NCBI GenBank assembly: GCA_050246755.1
Contig: JBFWVL010000005.1
Location: 193,076 to 257,075, forward strand
DNA from: Bacteriovoracia bacterium
GTDB taxonomy: Bacteria > Bdellovibrionota > UBA1018 > CAIPTA01
Reading direction: 5' to 3'
Length of the DNA: 64,000 nucleotides
Shown here: positions 28,386-36,019 of the stretch, in pieces
How positions within the stretch are numbered: the first letter of the stretch is position 1
Layout of the letters: every line of letters starts with the position of its first letter
Position numbers and translations under genes: made by a program
Notes under the pieces: model-generated
What the model saw: only the letters and a program-made list of their open reading frames with translations
What the model was told of the DNA's origin: nothing
Databases searched by the model: none

Positions 28386-29463
28386 GCAGGTTTCCGAATC
28401 CTTGGAGCGCGCGGTGTTGGGTTGGATCAACGTGGACCGCTACCTCCCGCTCCAGATCGACATTACCAACGCGTGCAATTTACGCTGTAAACATTGCTAC
28501 CACCCGCACCACAAAAACGCGGGAGCCCTTGAGCTAAGCGATTGGCTGGCGATCCTCGACCAATACGACGCCCTGACGAGAAAGCTCCGCTTCCGCCCGA
28601 ACGTAGTCATCTGCGGAGGCGAGCCGTTCTTGAGCCAGCACTTCGAGACAATCCTGCAAAACCTGCTCTCTCGTGAGAGGCCGTACCGCCTATCCGTGCT
28701 CACTAACGGCACGATCGTTGACCCGGCGAAGCTCGCGCTCCTCAAACAGTTCCCCGAGCTGAGCGTGCAGGTCAGCCTAGACGGCCCGAATGCCGAGGCT
28801 CACGATTCCGTGCGCGGGGCCGGCAACTTCGCGCGGGCGCTGAATGGGATTCGTATTTTCCGCGAGCGCGGAATCAGGGTTCACCTCTCTGCGGTTCTCT
28901 CGAAGCGCACCTCCCGCTCGATCGGGGAGTTCTTCGACCTCGCCCGAGAGCTCAACGTGACCGGTATGGGCTTCGCCCGCCTGATCGTGCAGGGATACGC
29001 GCAGAAGCTCGTTACCGAAAACGAAGACCGCCCGCTCTCGCCGCTGGAGTTGCGGGACGCCTACCGCGCCCTCATCATGGATGCCGCCCGCACCGGGATA
29101 AAGACGAGCACTAACTCGCCGCTGTTCCACCTCGTGCAGCCGGGCCTCGGGCGTAACGGCCGCTTTTGGGAAGGAATCGTGATCGACTACCGGGGAAACT
29201 ATCTTGCCAGTAGTCGCTCGCGCCTAATCCTGGGCCACGCCCTTACCGAAGGGATCGAAAATATTTTCCTGCGGCACCCGCTCTTGCAGCGCCTGCGTCG
29301 GCAGGATGTGAAAGTTTGCGGGGCTTGCCCGCACTACGCCGTGTGCGGCGGTGATCGGAATGCGGCTTACGCCGATTCCGGCGACTTCCTGGGGGCCGAT
29401 CCCGGTTGCTGGCTTTTGACGAAACAAAATCAAACAGCTGAGGAGAAAATATGCGCTTCCTGA
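28378..29463 (+). CDS. Radical SAM enzyme with partial SPASM domain
   Basis: CNLRCKHC, GGEP, TNG, VSLDG..HDSVRG, CGACPHYAVCGGD..DPGC; GGAGG SD before ATG at 28378. Confidence 0.92.
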   Translation: MLKQVSESLERAVLGWINVDRYLPLQIDITNACNLRCKHCYHPHHKNAGALELSDWLAILDQYDALTRKLRFRPNVVICGGEPFLSQHFETILQNLLSRERPYRLSVLTNGTIVDPAKLALLKQFPELSVQVSLDGPNAEAHDSVRGAGNFARALNGIRIFRERGIRVHLSAVLSKRTSRSIGEFFDLARELNVTGMGFARLIVQGYAQKLVTENEDRPLSPLELRDAYRALIMDAARTGIKTSTNSPLFHLVQPGLGRNGRFWEGIVIDYRGNYLASSRSRLILGHALTEGIENIFLRHPLLQRLRRQDVKVCGACPHYAVCGGDRNAAYADSGDFLGADPGCWLLTKQNQTAEEKICAS

Positions 29464-29789
29464 AAAAACTGACCCTGACCGTTCTTTCCGTCATGCCCAT
29501 CGCCTCGATTTCCACCGTGGCCTACTGCCAGCTCAACGAGCTGGTCGGTGAGGAACAGAACGATCTGCTGCGTGGGCAAATCTCTTCGGCTCACGCGCTC
29601 CTGATGGCTCCCGGTACGGTTTCGACGACTGAGGAAGAATCGAAGGTCTATCTTTCTCAGCAAACCGGCATCACCGACCCCAAGGAGCTTGAAGACGAGT
29701 TCCAGCGGCAACTGCGTGTGCTGGTGGAAAAGGGATTGGTAGAGAAGAACGAGAGGAACATCACTTCTAAAATTCCAAGCGAATGGTAG
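29451..29789 (+). CDS. Small secreted protein, candidate RiPP/signal precursor
   Basis: GAGGAG SD, Sec-type signal (..AYC/Q), overlaps the rSAM gene, C-terminus ITSKIPSEW. Confidence 0.7.
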   Translation: MRFLKKLTLTVLSVMPIASISTVAYCQLNELVGEEQNDLLRGQISSAHALLMAPGTVSTTEEESKVYLSQQTGITDPKELEDEFQRQLRVLVEKGLVEKNERNITSKIPSEW

Positions 29790-29794
29790 AGTGA

Positions 29795-31318
29795 ATGAGG
29801 CGCGTTTTCGTTCTCATCACTTTGGGTTTGGCGCTCGGAGGTTTTTGTATGCAGCAGCTCGAAGGACAGAAGAGAAGAATCCGCGTGGCGTTTGGAAGCC
29901 CCTGGAAGACGACTCATCCGGGACTCCAGCACACGCTCGTCGGCGATCTTGTCCTGAGCAACCAGTACGAGGCGCTGGTCGGCATGAATGAGTTCGGCGT
30001 CGCCGTACCTCTCGCCGCGAAGTCTTGGGACGCGAGCGAGGATTTCAAGACGTTCACCTTCCATATCGACACGAGTAAGACGTTCTCCGACGGTGAGCAC
30101 CTTTCCGCGCGGGACTTCAAGCGGTCTTGGGAAGATGCCTTGGCGCTGGAGCCGAAGTCGAGCAATAGCAGCCTCCTCGACATTATGTATAAGATTCGGG
30201 GCTTCTCGGATTTCCCGAAAACGAAAACCATTTCTGGCATCGAGGTCGTGGACGACTCTACGCTCCGCATACACTTCGACTCCGCGTTCCGCATGGCCCT
30301 GAGCCATTTCATGGGAAACCGTTTCGCCGTCTATAAGGAGAAGGATGGTAAGTTCCTCGGGACGGGAAAGTTCGTGATCGACGAGCGGGCCGAGAATGAT
30401 CTGCTGTTCGCGCCGAATCCCCGCGATCCCGACGCGAAAAATCTGCCTTCCATCGAGGTTTCAGTCGTGAGAACCGACGAGGCGACGGCGCGCCTGCTCG
30501 ATGGTACGATCGATGTTTTCGCCTACGGGCGGGGCTCTTCCGTTTCGCCTACGATCAAAGAGAGCGGAAAGCTCTCCGTGGTCGTTGGTCAGGATGCCCT
30601 GCACGAGACGACGATCCTGAACCTTAAACATGGAAGGTTCTTTCACAACCGCCAGTATCGCCTGGCGATGCAATACCTCATCCACAAGAAGTTTTCCGCG
30701 GAGCCGGCGCTGCTCGGAAACACGGATTACTCGTCAGTGGACGCGCAGGTGTTTCTGCCGCTCCAGCCGGGCCGGATTCCAGATCAAGACGTAGAAAAAA
30801 TCATCGACAGTGGCGAGCGTTTCGTGCTGGAAATGATCGCCGCGACCAAGAAGCACCCGCTGCTGGTCTACACTTCGGAAAGCGACGATTGGCTGCTCCC
30901 ATTTCTCCGCGAGATCGGCGTGGCCGTGTCGCCCGCCTCAAAGAAAATTTCGCCGCAAGAGCGGGTCAATGTCATCTACAAGTCACACGAGCCCGACATG
31001 ATCGTGACGGCGTTCGGCGTTGCAAGCGGCGATCCCGATGGGGTCTACCACCGTCTAGGAAAGTCAGGGGCGATTATGAGCCCCATGTGCTTTAGCGAGC
31101 GCGTTTCCGCGCTCTTGGAAGATGGGCGCAAGCTGGTCGCGCAAGATCAGCTCGATCCCTTCTACCAGGGGGTGAGCCGGGCGATCCTGGAGGAAGTTCC
31201 CTTCGTTCACTTGGGGTACAGCAAAGCCGTCGCCATCTACCGAAAGGATACGGTGGACTTCGACTCCAAGCTCCTGCGCCGAAACGAGGGGCATCTACAC
31301 GGATTCAGGTTGAGGTAA
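29795..31318 (+). CDS. Family 5 (OppA/DppA-like) solute-binding protein, no permease nearby
   Basis: YEALV..PLAAKSW..TFTFHI..FSDG..SARDFKRSW, GTGKF. Confidence 0.88.
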   Translation: MRRVFVLITLGLALGGFCMQQLEGQKRRIRVAFGSPWKTTHPGLQHTLVGDLVLSNQYEALVGMNEFGVAVPLAAKSWDASEDFKTFTFHIDTSKTFSDGEHLSARDFKRSWEDALALEPKSSNSSLLDIMYKIRGFSDFPKTKTISGIEVVDDSTLRIHFDSAFRMALSHFMGNRFAVYKEKDGKFLGTGKFVIDERAENDLLFAPNPRDPDAKNLPSIEVSVVRTDEATARLLDGTIDVFAYGRGSSVSPTIKESGKLSVVVGQDALHETTILNLKHGRFFHNRQYRLAMQYLIHKKFSAEPALLGNTDYSSVDAQVFLPLQPGRIPDQDVEKIIDSGERFVLEMIAATKKHPLLVYTSESDDWLLPFLREIGVAVSPASKKISPQERVNVIYKSHEPDMIVTAFGVASGDPDGVYHRLGKSGAIMSPMCFSERVSALLEDGRKLVAQDQLDPFYQGVSRAILEEVPFVHLGYSKAVAIYRKDTVDFDSKLLRRNEGHLHGFRLR

Positions 31319-33012
31319 TGGGGCCTATCACGCTCAATCATTGGTTTCAGCGGAATGCGAGCCGGCCCTTTGCTTTGCTGGCCGTCTTTATCGCGCTCGT
31401 TTGGCTGGTCCATCTTTGGGCCTTCAACAGTGAGATTTCTACCCAACAGAGAGAGGCCGCCCGCCAGCTTGCCAACCTCCTGAGCCTTTCTTCGAGCCAG
31501 AAGAACCGCGTGCTCACGGAATCTCTGCTGGACTCCAGCCACTTGAGCTTTGCGGCAGAGGCCGCAGCCATGTGCAACGGCGGCGTGGTCGTCGCGTCGT
31601 CGAACGCCGATAACAGTTTTTGCGGCCGGCCCGGTTCTTTCTTCTATCCCAAAATGTCCTTTCCAATTCCTGGGAGCGGTGGCGCTCAGCTCGTGACGAC
31701 TTATTCAAGGTTCGGGGAGCGCTCGAACATTTGGCGCTTTTTCCTGTTCGGCCTGGCTCTCACCTGGGGCTGCTACGTACTGCTATACAAGATCAGGGAA
31801 CGATTCTGGCGCGATATTTTCCTCCCGTTCCAGGCCGGTATGATGGATGACCAGCCGCTGCCGATCGTAGAATTTGAGCAGGTTCGCCAGAAACGTAAGC
31901 TCATCGTGCAGGCCAAAGAGCGCGAAGCCGTGCTCCAGGCCGTGCTGGAGCACAAAAGCAAGGTTGCCCACAATATCAAATCCCCGCTCCGCACCCTGCA
32001 ACTGCTTCTGCAATCGCTAAAAGGAAAAATTCCCGAGCGTGAGGAGCACCTGCTCGAAGGCGTGGCTGATTCCGTGAATGACATTCTTGGGGAGCAGCAG
32101 GCACCGTTTGCGAATGGTGGCGAAGTCTCCGATGCGCTCGCGGGGAATCCACAGCCCCAAGAGCCGGAGCTCGTGCTCGTGTCGGATTTTCTCGACGAGG
32201 TACTGGCGCAGAAGTCAGCCGAGTACGCGAGGCAGAAAGCCATTTCCCTCTCGGTGGATCAATCGGAGGTGCCCTTCGGCACGTTCGCCCGAGTGGTGAG
32301 GCACGAGTTCCTAGCGATCCTTTCCAACCTCGTGAACAACGGAGTTGAAGCCATTGGCCGCCGTGCGGGCCGCGTGGAGATCGTCGCCCGCGTGAAGGAT
32401 GGCGCGATCCAGATCCAGGTGCGCGACACCGGCCCCGGCGTTCCCGAGGATCGGCGGGAAAAAATCTTCGAGAAGGGGGTTTCCTTCAAGCAAGGCGGTA
32501 CGGGCTTCGGGCTCTTCCATGCCCGGCAATACCTGGCGCAGTGGCAAGGAACCATCCAATGCCTGCCGTCGCCGCAAGGCGCGATCTTCGAGATCGGGCT
32601 GCCGGAGGCCAAGGCCCCGCCCTGGTTCGCCGATCGCGTGGCGGCTCTCGCCAAGCGGAACGTCATCATACTGGACGACAACCGGCTGATCCATCGCGTT
32701 TGGAAAGAGCGGTTCCGCAATCTGCCAGGGATGGAGAGAGCGAGACTTCACTTTCTTTCGAGCGAGGAGGAGCTAGAAGCCTGCCTCGGCGAAATCGCGG
32801 CCGAGGTATCCGATACGATCATCCTCTGTGACTACGATTTGAACCTGGCGGGAAAGACGGGCCTCGACATTGTGCGCGCCTACGGCGTGGCCTCGCTCAC
32901 TACGATGGTCACGAACAACTTTCAGAGCGGCGCGCTCATCGCGGAGTGCCTGCGCGAGAAAATCCGCATCCTGCCCAAGCCTTGCATCCATAGCGTACCG
33001 ATCACCGCCTAG
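31318..33012 (+). CDS. Membrane sensor histidine kinase with C-terminal receiver domain
   Basis: Two TM helices, AHNIKSPL, NLVNNG, DTGPG, GTGFGL, then ILDD..CDYDL..PKP. Confidence 0.92.
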   Translation: MGPITLNHWFQRNASRPFALLAVFIALVWLVHLWAFNSEISTQQREAARQLANLLSLSSSQKNRVLTESLLDSSHLSFAAEAAAMCNGGVVVASSNADNSFCGRPGSFFYPKMSFPIPGSGGAQLVTTYSRFGERSNIWRFFLFGLALTWGCYVLLYKIRERFWRDIFLPFQAGMMDDQPLPIVEFEQVRQKRKLIVQAKEREAVLQAVLEHKSKVAHNIKSPLRTLQLLLQSLKGKIPEREEHLLEGVADSVNDILGEQQAPFANGGEVSDALAGNPQPQEPELVLVSDFLDEVLAQKSAEYARQKAISLSVDQSEVPFGTFARVVRHEFLAILSNLVNNGVEAIGRRAGRVEIVARVKDGAIQIQVRDTGPGVPEDRREKIFEKGVSFKQGGTGFGLFHARQYLAQWQGTIQCLPSPQGAIFEIGLPEAKAPPWFADRVAALAKRNVIILDDNRLIHRVWKERFRNLPGMERARLHFLSSEEELEACLGEIAAEVSDTIILCDYDLNLAGKTGLDIVRAYGVASLTTMVTNNFQSGALIAECLREKIRILPKPCIHSVPITA

Positions 33013-33830
33013 CTCGGATACTTCGCAATCTGATCGAGAAGCAAATTCTTTCCATCGACGCAGCGAAAACTGCACGCCAACCCGATTTTCAACCCCGCCT
33101 TACCGCTCAGCCGAGCGCCGGGAAGAACCGCCGGAGTGCCCATCACGAGCTTCATGGGAAAGGCGGTATAAAAGTGCTCGTTCTTCATAAGGCAGACGAC
33201 GACGGCCACGTTTGCGGAAGGGTTTGCCTGGCAGTAGACGCTGAACTTGGTGTCGTACTTCCGTTCGATCCACTCCTCAATTTGATCTGGTACAGAGGCA
33301 ACGGGTCCGTTCACGCGATTCGGCGTTACCGCGTCGAAGAGCAGGATAGGGTTACCGTTCGGATCGAGAATCGCTACGTCGGCATCCTTTGGCTGTTGGC
33401 CCTTCGTTCCTTGCCCCAGCGGATACTCGATTACGACCTTGTGCCCCGGCAGCCTGCTTAGGATACTCCGGGCCAGCAGCAGCTCGTTGAGCGTATCCCA
33501 AAACGAAGAGGAGCGCAGGTTGCAGAGCTTGTCGCCGAGTTTCCTTCGCTCGTCGGCCATCAAAGAAAACTCAGTGATGGCCGCCTCGATATTCAGGAGC
33601 GCGCCCTGTGGCGTGGCGGCGTTATTACCCTGCTGGGAAAGCCCCGCCTGCTCGGAAATCAGCAGCGCCGTAAAAAGGTCCGTAACCTCGTTATCGTTGA
33701 CCTCCGGGCCGTACGGATACTTCTTCTGCGCCTGGGCGGTGAACTTCGCGCGGTCAACGCACGAGGATAGCACGGGGTACTTGTCCAAGACCTTGAAGGC
33801 GTCGGCTATAGAGCCTGGAATAGCTGCCAT
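33009..33830 (-). CDS. Hypothetical protein, possible restriction-endonuclease-like fold
   Basis: Long ORF (ATG at 33830; track start 33917); FWDTLNELLLA..KDADVAI..LLFDAV. Confidence 0.55.
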   Translation of the reverse strand: MAAIPGSIADAFKVLDKYPVLSSCVDRAKFTAQAQKKYPYGPEVNDNEVTDLFTALLISEQAGLSQQGNNAATPQGALLNIEAAITEFSLMADERRKLGDKLCNLRSSSFWDTLNELLLARSILSRLPGHKVVIEYPLGQGTKGQQPKDADVAILDPNGNPILLFDAVTPNRVNGPVASVPDQIEEWIERKYDTKFSVYCQANPSANVAVVVCLMKNEHFYTAFPMKLVMGTPAVLPGARLSGKAGLKIGLACSFRCVDGKNLLLDQIAKYPS

Positions 33831-33968
33831 GGAGCCATTATTCCACGAGCCAGATAGTGGCTCCAGCCGCGTCGCCCCATGATGGGCGTATGAAACCAAA
33901 AGCGGCCGAGCTGCCATCTGCCCGCGCTTGGCGGCAGGAAAAGCCAGGTGCTTTCGCCCACTTTCCGT

Positions 33969-34045
33969 GTGGCCAAATCTCTGGCCGCATCCAATTCGGC
34001 GAAAATCAGCGGCTTACCTACGCTCGCGGCCATGAATCTGGCCAT
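33969..34045. promoter_or_regulatory. Two putative upstream activator sites
   Basis: GTGGCCA-AATCTC-TGGCCGC (33969-33988) and GCGGCCA-TGAATC-TGGCCAT (34026-34045), same motif as 26773/26851. Confidence 0.7.
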
Positions 34046-34117
34046 TTTCGATTTCACCCGCGCCATATAAATACGGTGAATTTATAAATTACGCGCACTT
34101 AGATTCCGCCGAGAGCC

Positions 34118-34132
34118 CGGCATGGTTTGTGT
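34118..34132 (+). promoter_or_regulatory. Possible variant sigma54 promoter
   Basis: CGGCAT-GGTTT-GTGT (GG-N10-GT instead of GC), 32 bp before ATG at 34165, preceded by an AT-rich tract. Confidence 0.45.
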
Positions 34133-34164
34133 CTATAGGACTCCCAAGAACGGAGGTTCCTAGT

Positions 34165-34473
34165 ATGTCGAACACGAAACAACAACGGAAAGAAAAGAAG
34201 TGGCGGCTCCCGCGCCGCGACTCCTGCCCGCTCTGCGGCTGCAAAGAGCTGCTGACGGAAGGGCCGGATCAGTTCTGCCTTTCCTGCCCTTGGGATACCT
34301 GCGCCGAGTACGTCGAACGCGGCCTGATGAACAATCTTTCTCTCGCCTACGCGGAGCATTTCGTGTGGGGCCGCGAGCCGCGCAAGCCGCAGCCCGAGGG
34401 CGAGCTGGCGAGCGTCTTCGTGGATCGTGCCGCCGGCCCCTTGCTCGCGGCGGAAGTCGGGAAGGTTGGTTGA
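34165..34473 (+). CDS. Zinc-ribbon protein
   Basis: GGAGG SD; CPLC..CLSC. Confidence 0.7.
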   Translation: MSNTKQQRKEKKWRLPRRDSCPLCGCKELLTEGPDQFCLSCPWDTCAEYVERGLMNNLSLAYAEHFVWGREPRKPQPEGELASVFVDRAAGPLLAAEVGKVG

Positions 34474-34475
34474 TT

Positions 34476-34619
34476 ATGAGGACCATTGGCAAGGCATGGG
34501 GCCGCATCGCGGCCTCGCGGGCGTATCGAAAACTTTTCGTCGCCGAGATCGACCCCAAGAGGGTCGAGCAAATGAAAGAAGAGATGATGCAGAAATTCCG
34601 CAGAATGGGGTTCTTTTGA
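34476..34619 (+). CDS. 47-aa basic protein
   Basis: MRTIGKAWGRIAASR..MGFF, starts 2 nt after the upstream stop. Confidence 0.5.
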   Translation: MRTIGKAWGRIAASRAYRKLFVAEIDPKRVEQMKEEMMQKFRRMGFF

Positions 34620-34651
34620 TCCGGGAAGAAGAAGTGGGAGGGCATTTGTTT

Positions 34652-34981
34652 ATGAGCTTCGCAAGGCAAGTGGACCATGTGGGCATGAGAAAGAAGCTGG
34701 CGACGATCGCCACGATCGGAGAATCGCAAATTTCGCGGGTCGAACGGGAGCGGCTGTTCGTGCATACGGCGCTTTCGTACCTGCCGACCAGGGCGCGCAC
34801 GATCCTGTTTCTGCGCTTCTGGCAGGACTCCTCGTTCTGCGAAATCGCCGACGCGCTCAATCTGCCGATGCGGCTCGTGCGTGTGCTGTTCTTTCTCTCC
34901 CTCACGTATCTGGAGCGCGAACTTCGGCCGTACATCATCGAGCCCGAAGATTTCATCCGGGGGTACATCAAAGTTAGCTGA
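34652..34981 (+). CDS. Sigma70 region 4-like HTH protein
   Basis: GGAGG SD; LSYLPTRARTILFLRFWQDSSFCEIADALNL. Confidence 0.75.
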   Translation: MSFARQVDHVGMRKKLATIATIGESQISRVERERLFVHTALSYLPTRARTILFLRFWQDSSFCEIADALNLPMRLVRVLFFLSLTYLERELRPYIIEPEDFIRGYIKVS

Positions 34982-35038
34982 GTTCTAGGCGGTGCGTTTT
35001 GGGAGGGTGGCGTTAGTCGTAAGTGTGTTTGGGGATTT

Positions 35039-35389
35039 ATGGAAAATCAGAAAGATCAAAAGCAGCAGAGCCCGAAGCTGGGCCTCTTCTGGATTGATAC
35101 GGTAACCGGGAAGAGGTACGCCGCTGGCGTTGGCTTCTTCCTGCCGGAGTACGGGGAATTTCGGCTGAAAATCGACGGACCTTGGAACGAGGGCCAGGTG
35201 TTCGTCAAGCCGGTGAACGGCCAGAACGATCGCGTGAACTACCGCGTGGAAGTCGTCATCAAGAGCGGTGGCCGGTTCTCGCACCGGAGCGAGATCGGAT
35301 CGGGATACATGGACAAGAACACGGGCGGTTTCATCTACATGGACCTCGGCCCGTTCAGCCGCTGCCTCGCGCTCGAAGTCGAAGGCTAG
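35039..35389 (+). CDS. Hypothetical beta-rich protein with internal duplication
   Basis: KRYAAGVGFF..FRLKID and RSEIGSGYM..IYMDL. Confidence 0.65.
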   Translation: MENQKDQKQQSPKLGLFWIDTVTGKRYAAGVGFFLPEYGEFRLKIDGPWNEGQVFVKPVNGQNDRVNYRVEVVIKSGGRFSHRSEIGSGYMDKNTGGFIYMDLGPFSRCLALEVEG

Positions 35390-35701
35390 CTGTCTAAGAC
35401 AATTTGGTTTGTGGCCATGACGTTGGCGTTTGCCGCCGTCATGGCGTTGGTGCCGGAAATTTCGTTCGCTGACTACTACGGAGGGGGCGACTTCCAAGCG
35501 AAGATCGGCAGCCTCACGAGCAACCTCGTGAACGTGCTGGCTCCCGCCGTGGCAATTTTGGGCCTGGTCTACGCGGCGATCCTCGCTGCAATGGGCGACG
35601 AGAGTAGCAAATCCAGGATGGTGCTTTGCATCGTCGCTAGCTGCGTCTCGTTTCTGGCGCCTCTATTCATCCGCTGGATTCAGTCTTTTATGGGCGGATA
35701 G
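35390..35701 (+). CDS. virB2: VirB2/TrbC-like pilin (proposed CTG start; track start 35411)
   Basis: Signal region ending PEISFA, two hydrophobic helices, position before virB3-virB4. Confidence 0.7.
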   Translation: MSKTIWFVAMTLAFAAVMALVPEISFADYYGGGDFQAKIGSLTSNLVNVLAPAVAILGLVYAAILAAMGDESSKSRMVLCIVASCVSFLAPLFIRWIQSFMGG

Positions 35702-36019
35702 ATGGAGCTGCAATCGTCTAGCGTGCAACGAAGGCTAGACGCGAAGCTGAAGATCGCGGGGCTGGAGGCCCCCGATCTTCTCTTCGTGATGATCTTCGCT
35801 GCGGTGATGGATCTCTTTTTCGGCCGCACGAGCCTCGCGCTTCCGCTCGTGATCGTGCTGCCGGCCGCTCTCCTCGGCGTTCTCTACGTGGGGAAGCGCG
35901 ATAAGCCCGAGGGGTTCCTGGTTCATTTAGCCCGTTTTTACCTGACGCCTGGATTTCTCAGCGCAGGGGAGGAGTCGAAACACGAAGAACAGATGAGAAA
36001 ACCCATTTTTGGTAAGTAA
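35702..36019 (+). CDS. virB3: VirB3-like membrane protein
   Basis: LDAKLKIAGLE..two TM..KPEGF; between pilin and VirB4. Confidence 0.7.
   Translation: MELQSSSVQRRLDAKLKIAGLEAPDLLFVMIFAAVMDLFFGRTSLALPLVIVLPAALLGVLYVGKRDKPEGFLVHLARFYLTPGFLSAGEESKHEEQMRKPIFGK

Noticed and set aside
28378-29789. PQQ or heme d1/Ahb biosynthesis (PqqE/PqqD, NirJ)
   Set aside because: No pqqABC or nir/ahb genes; the small protein has a signal peptide and the context is signalling.
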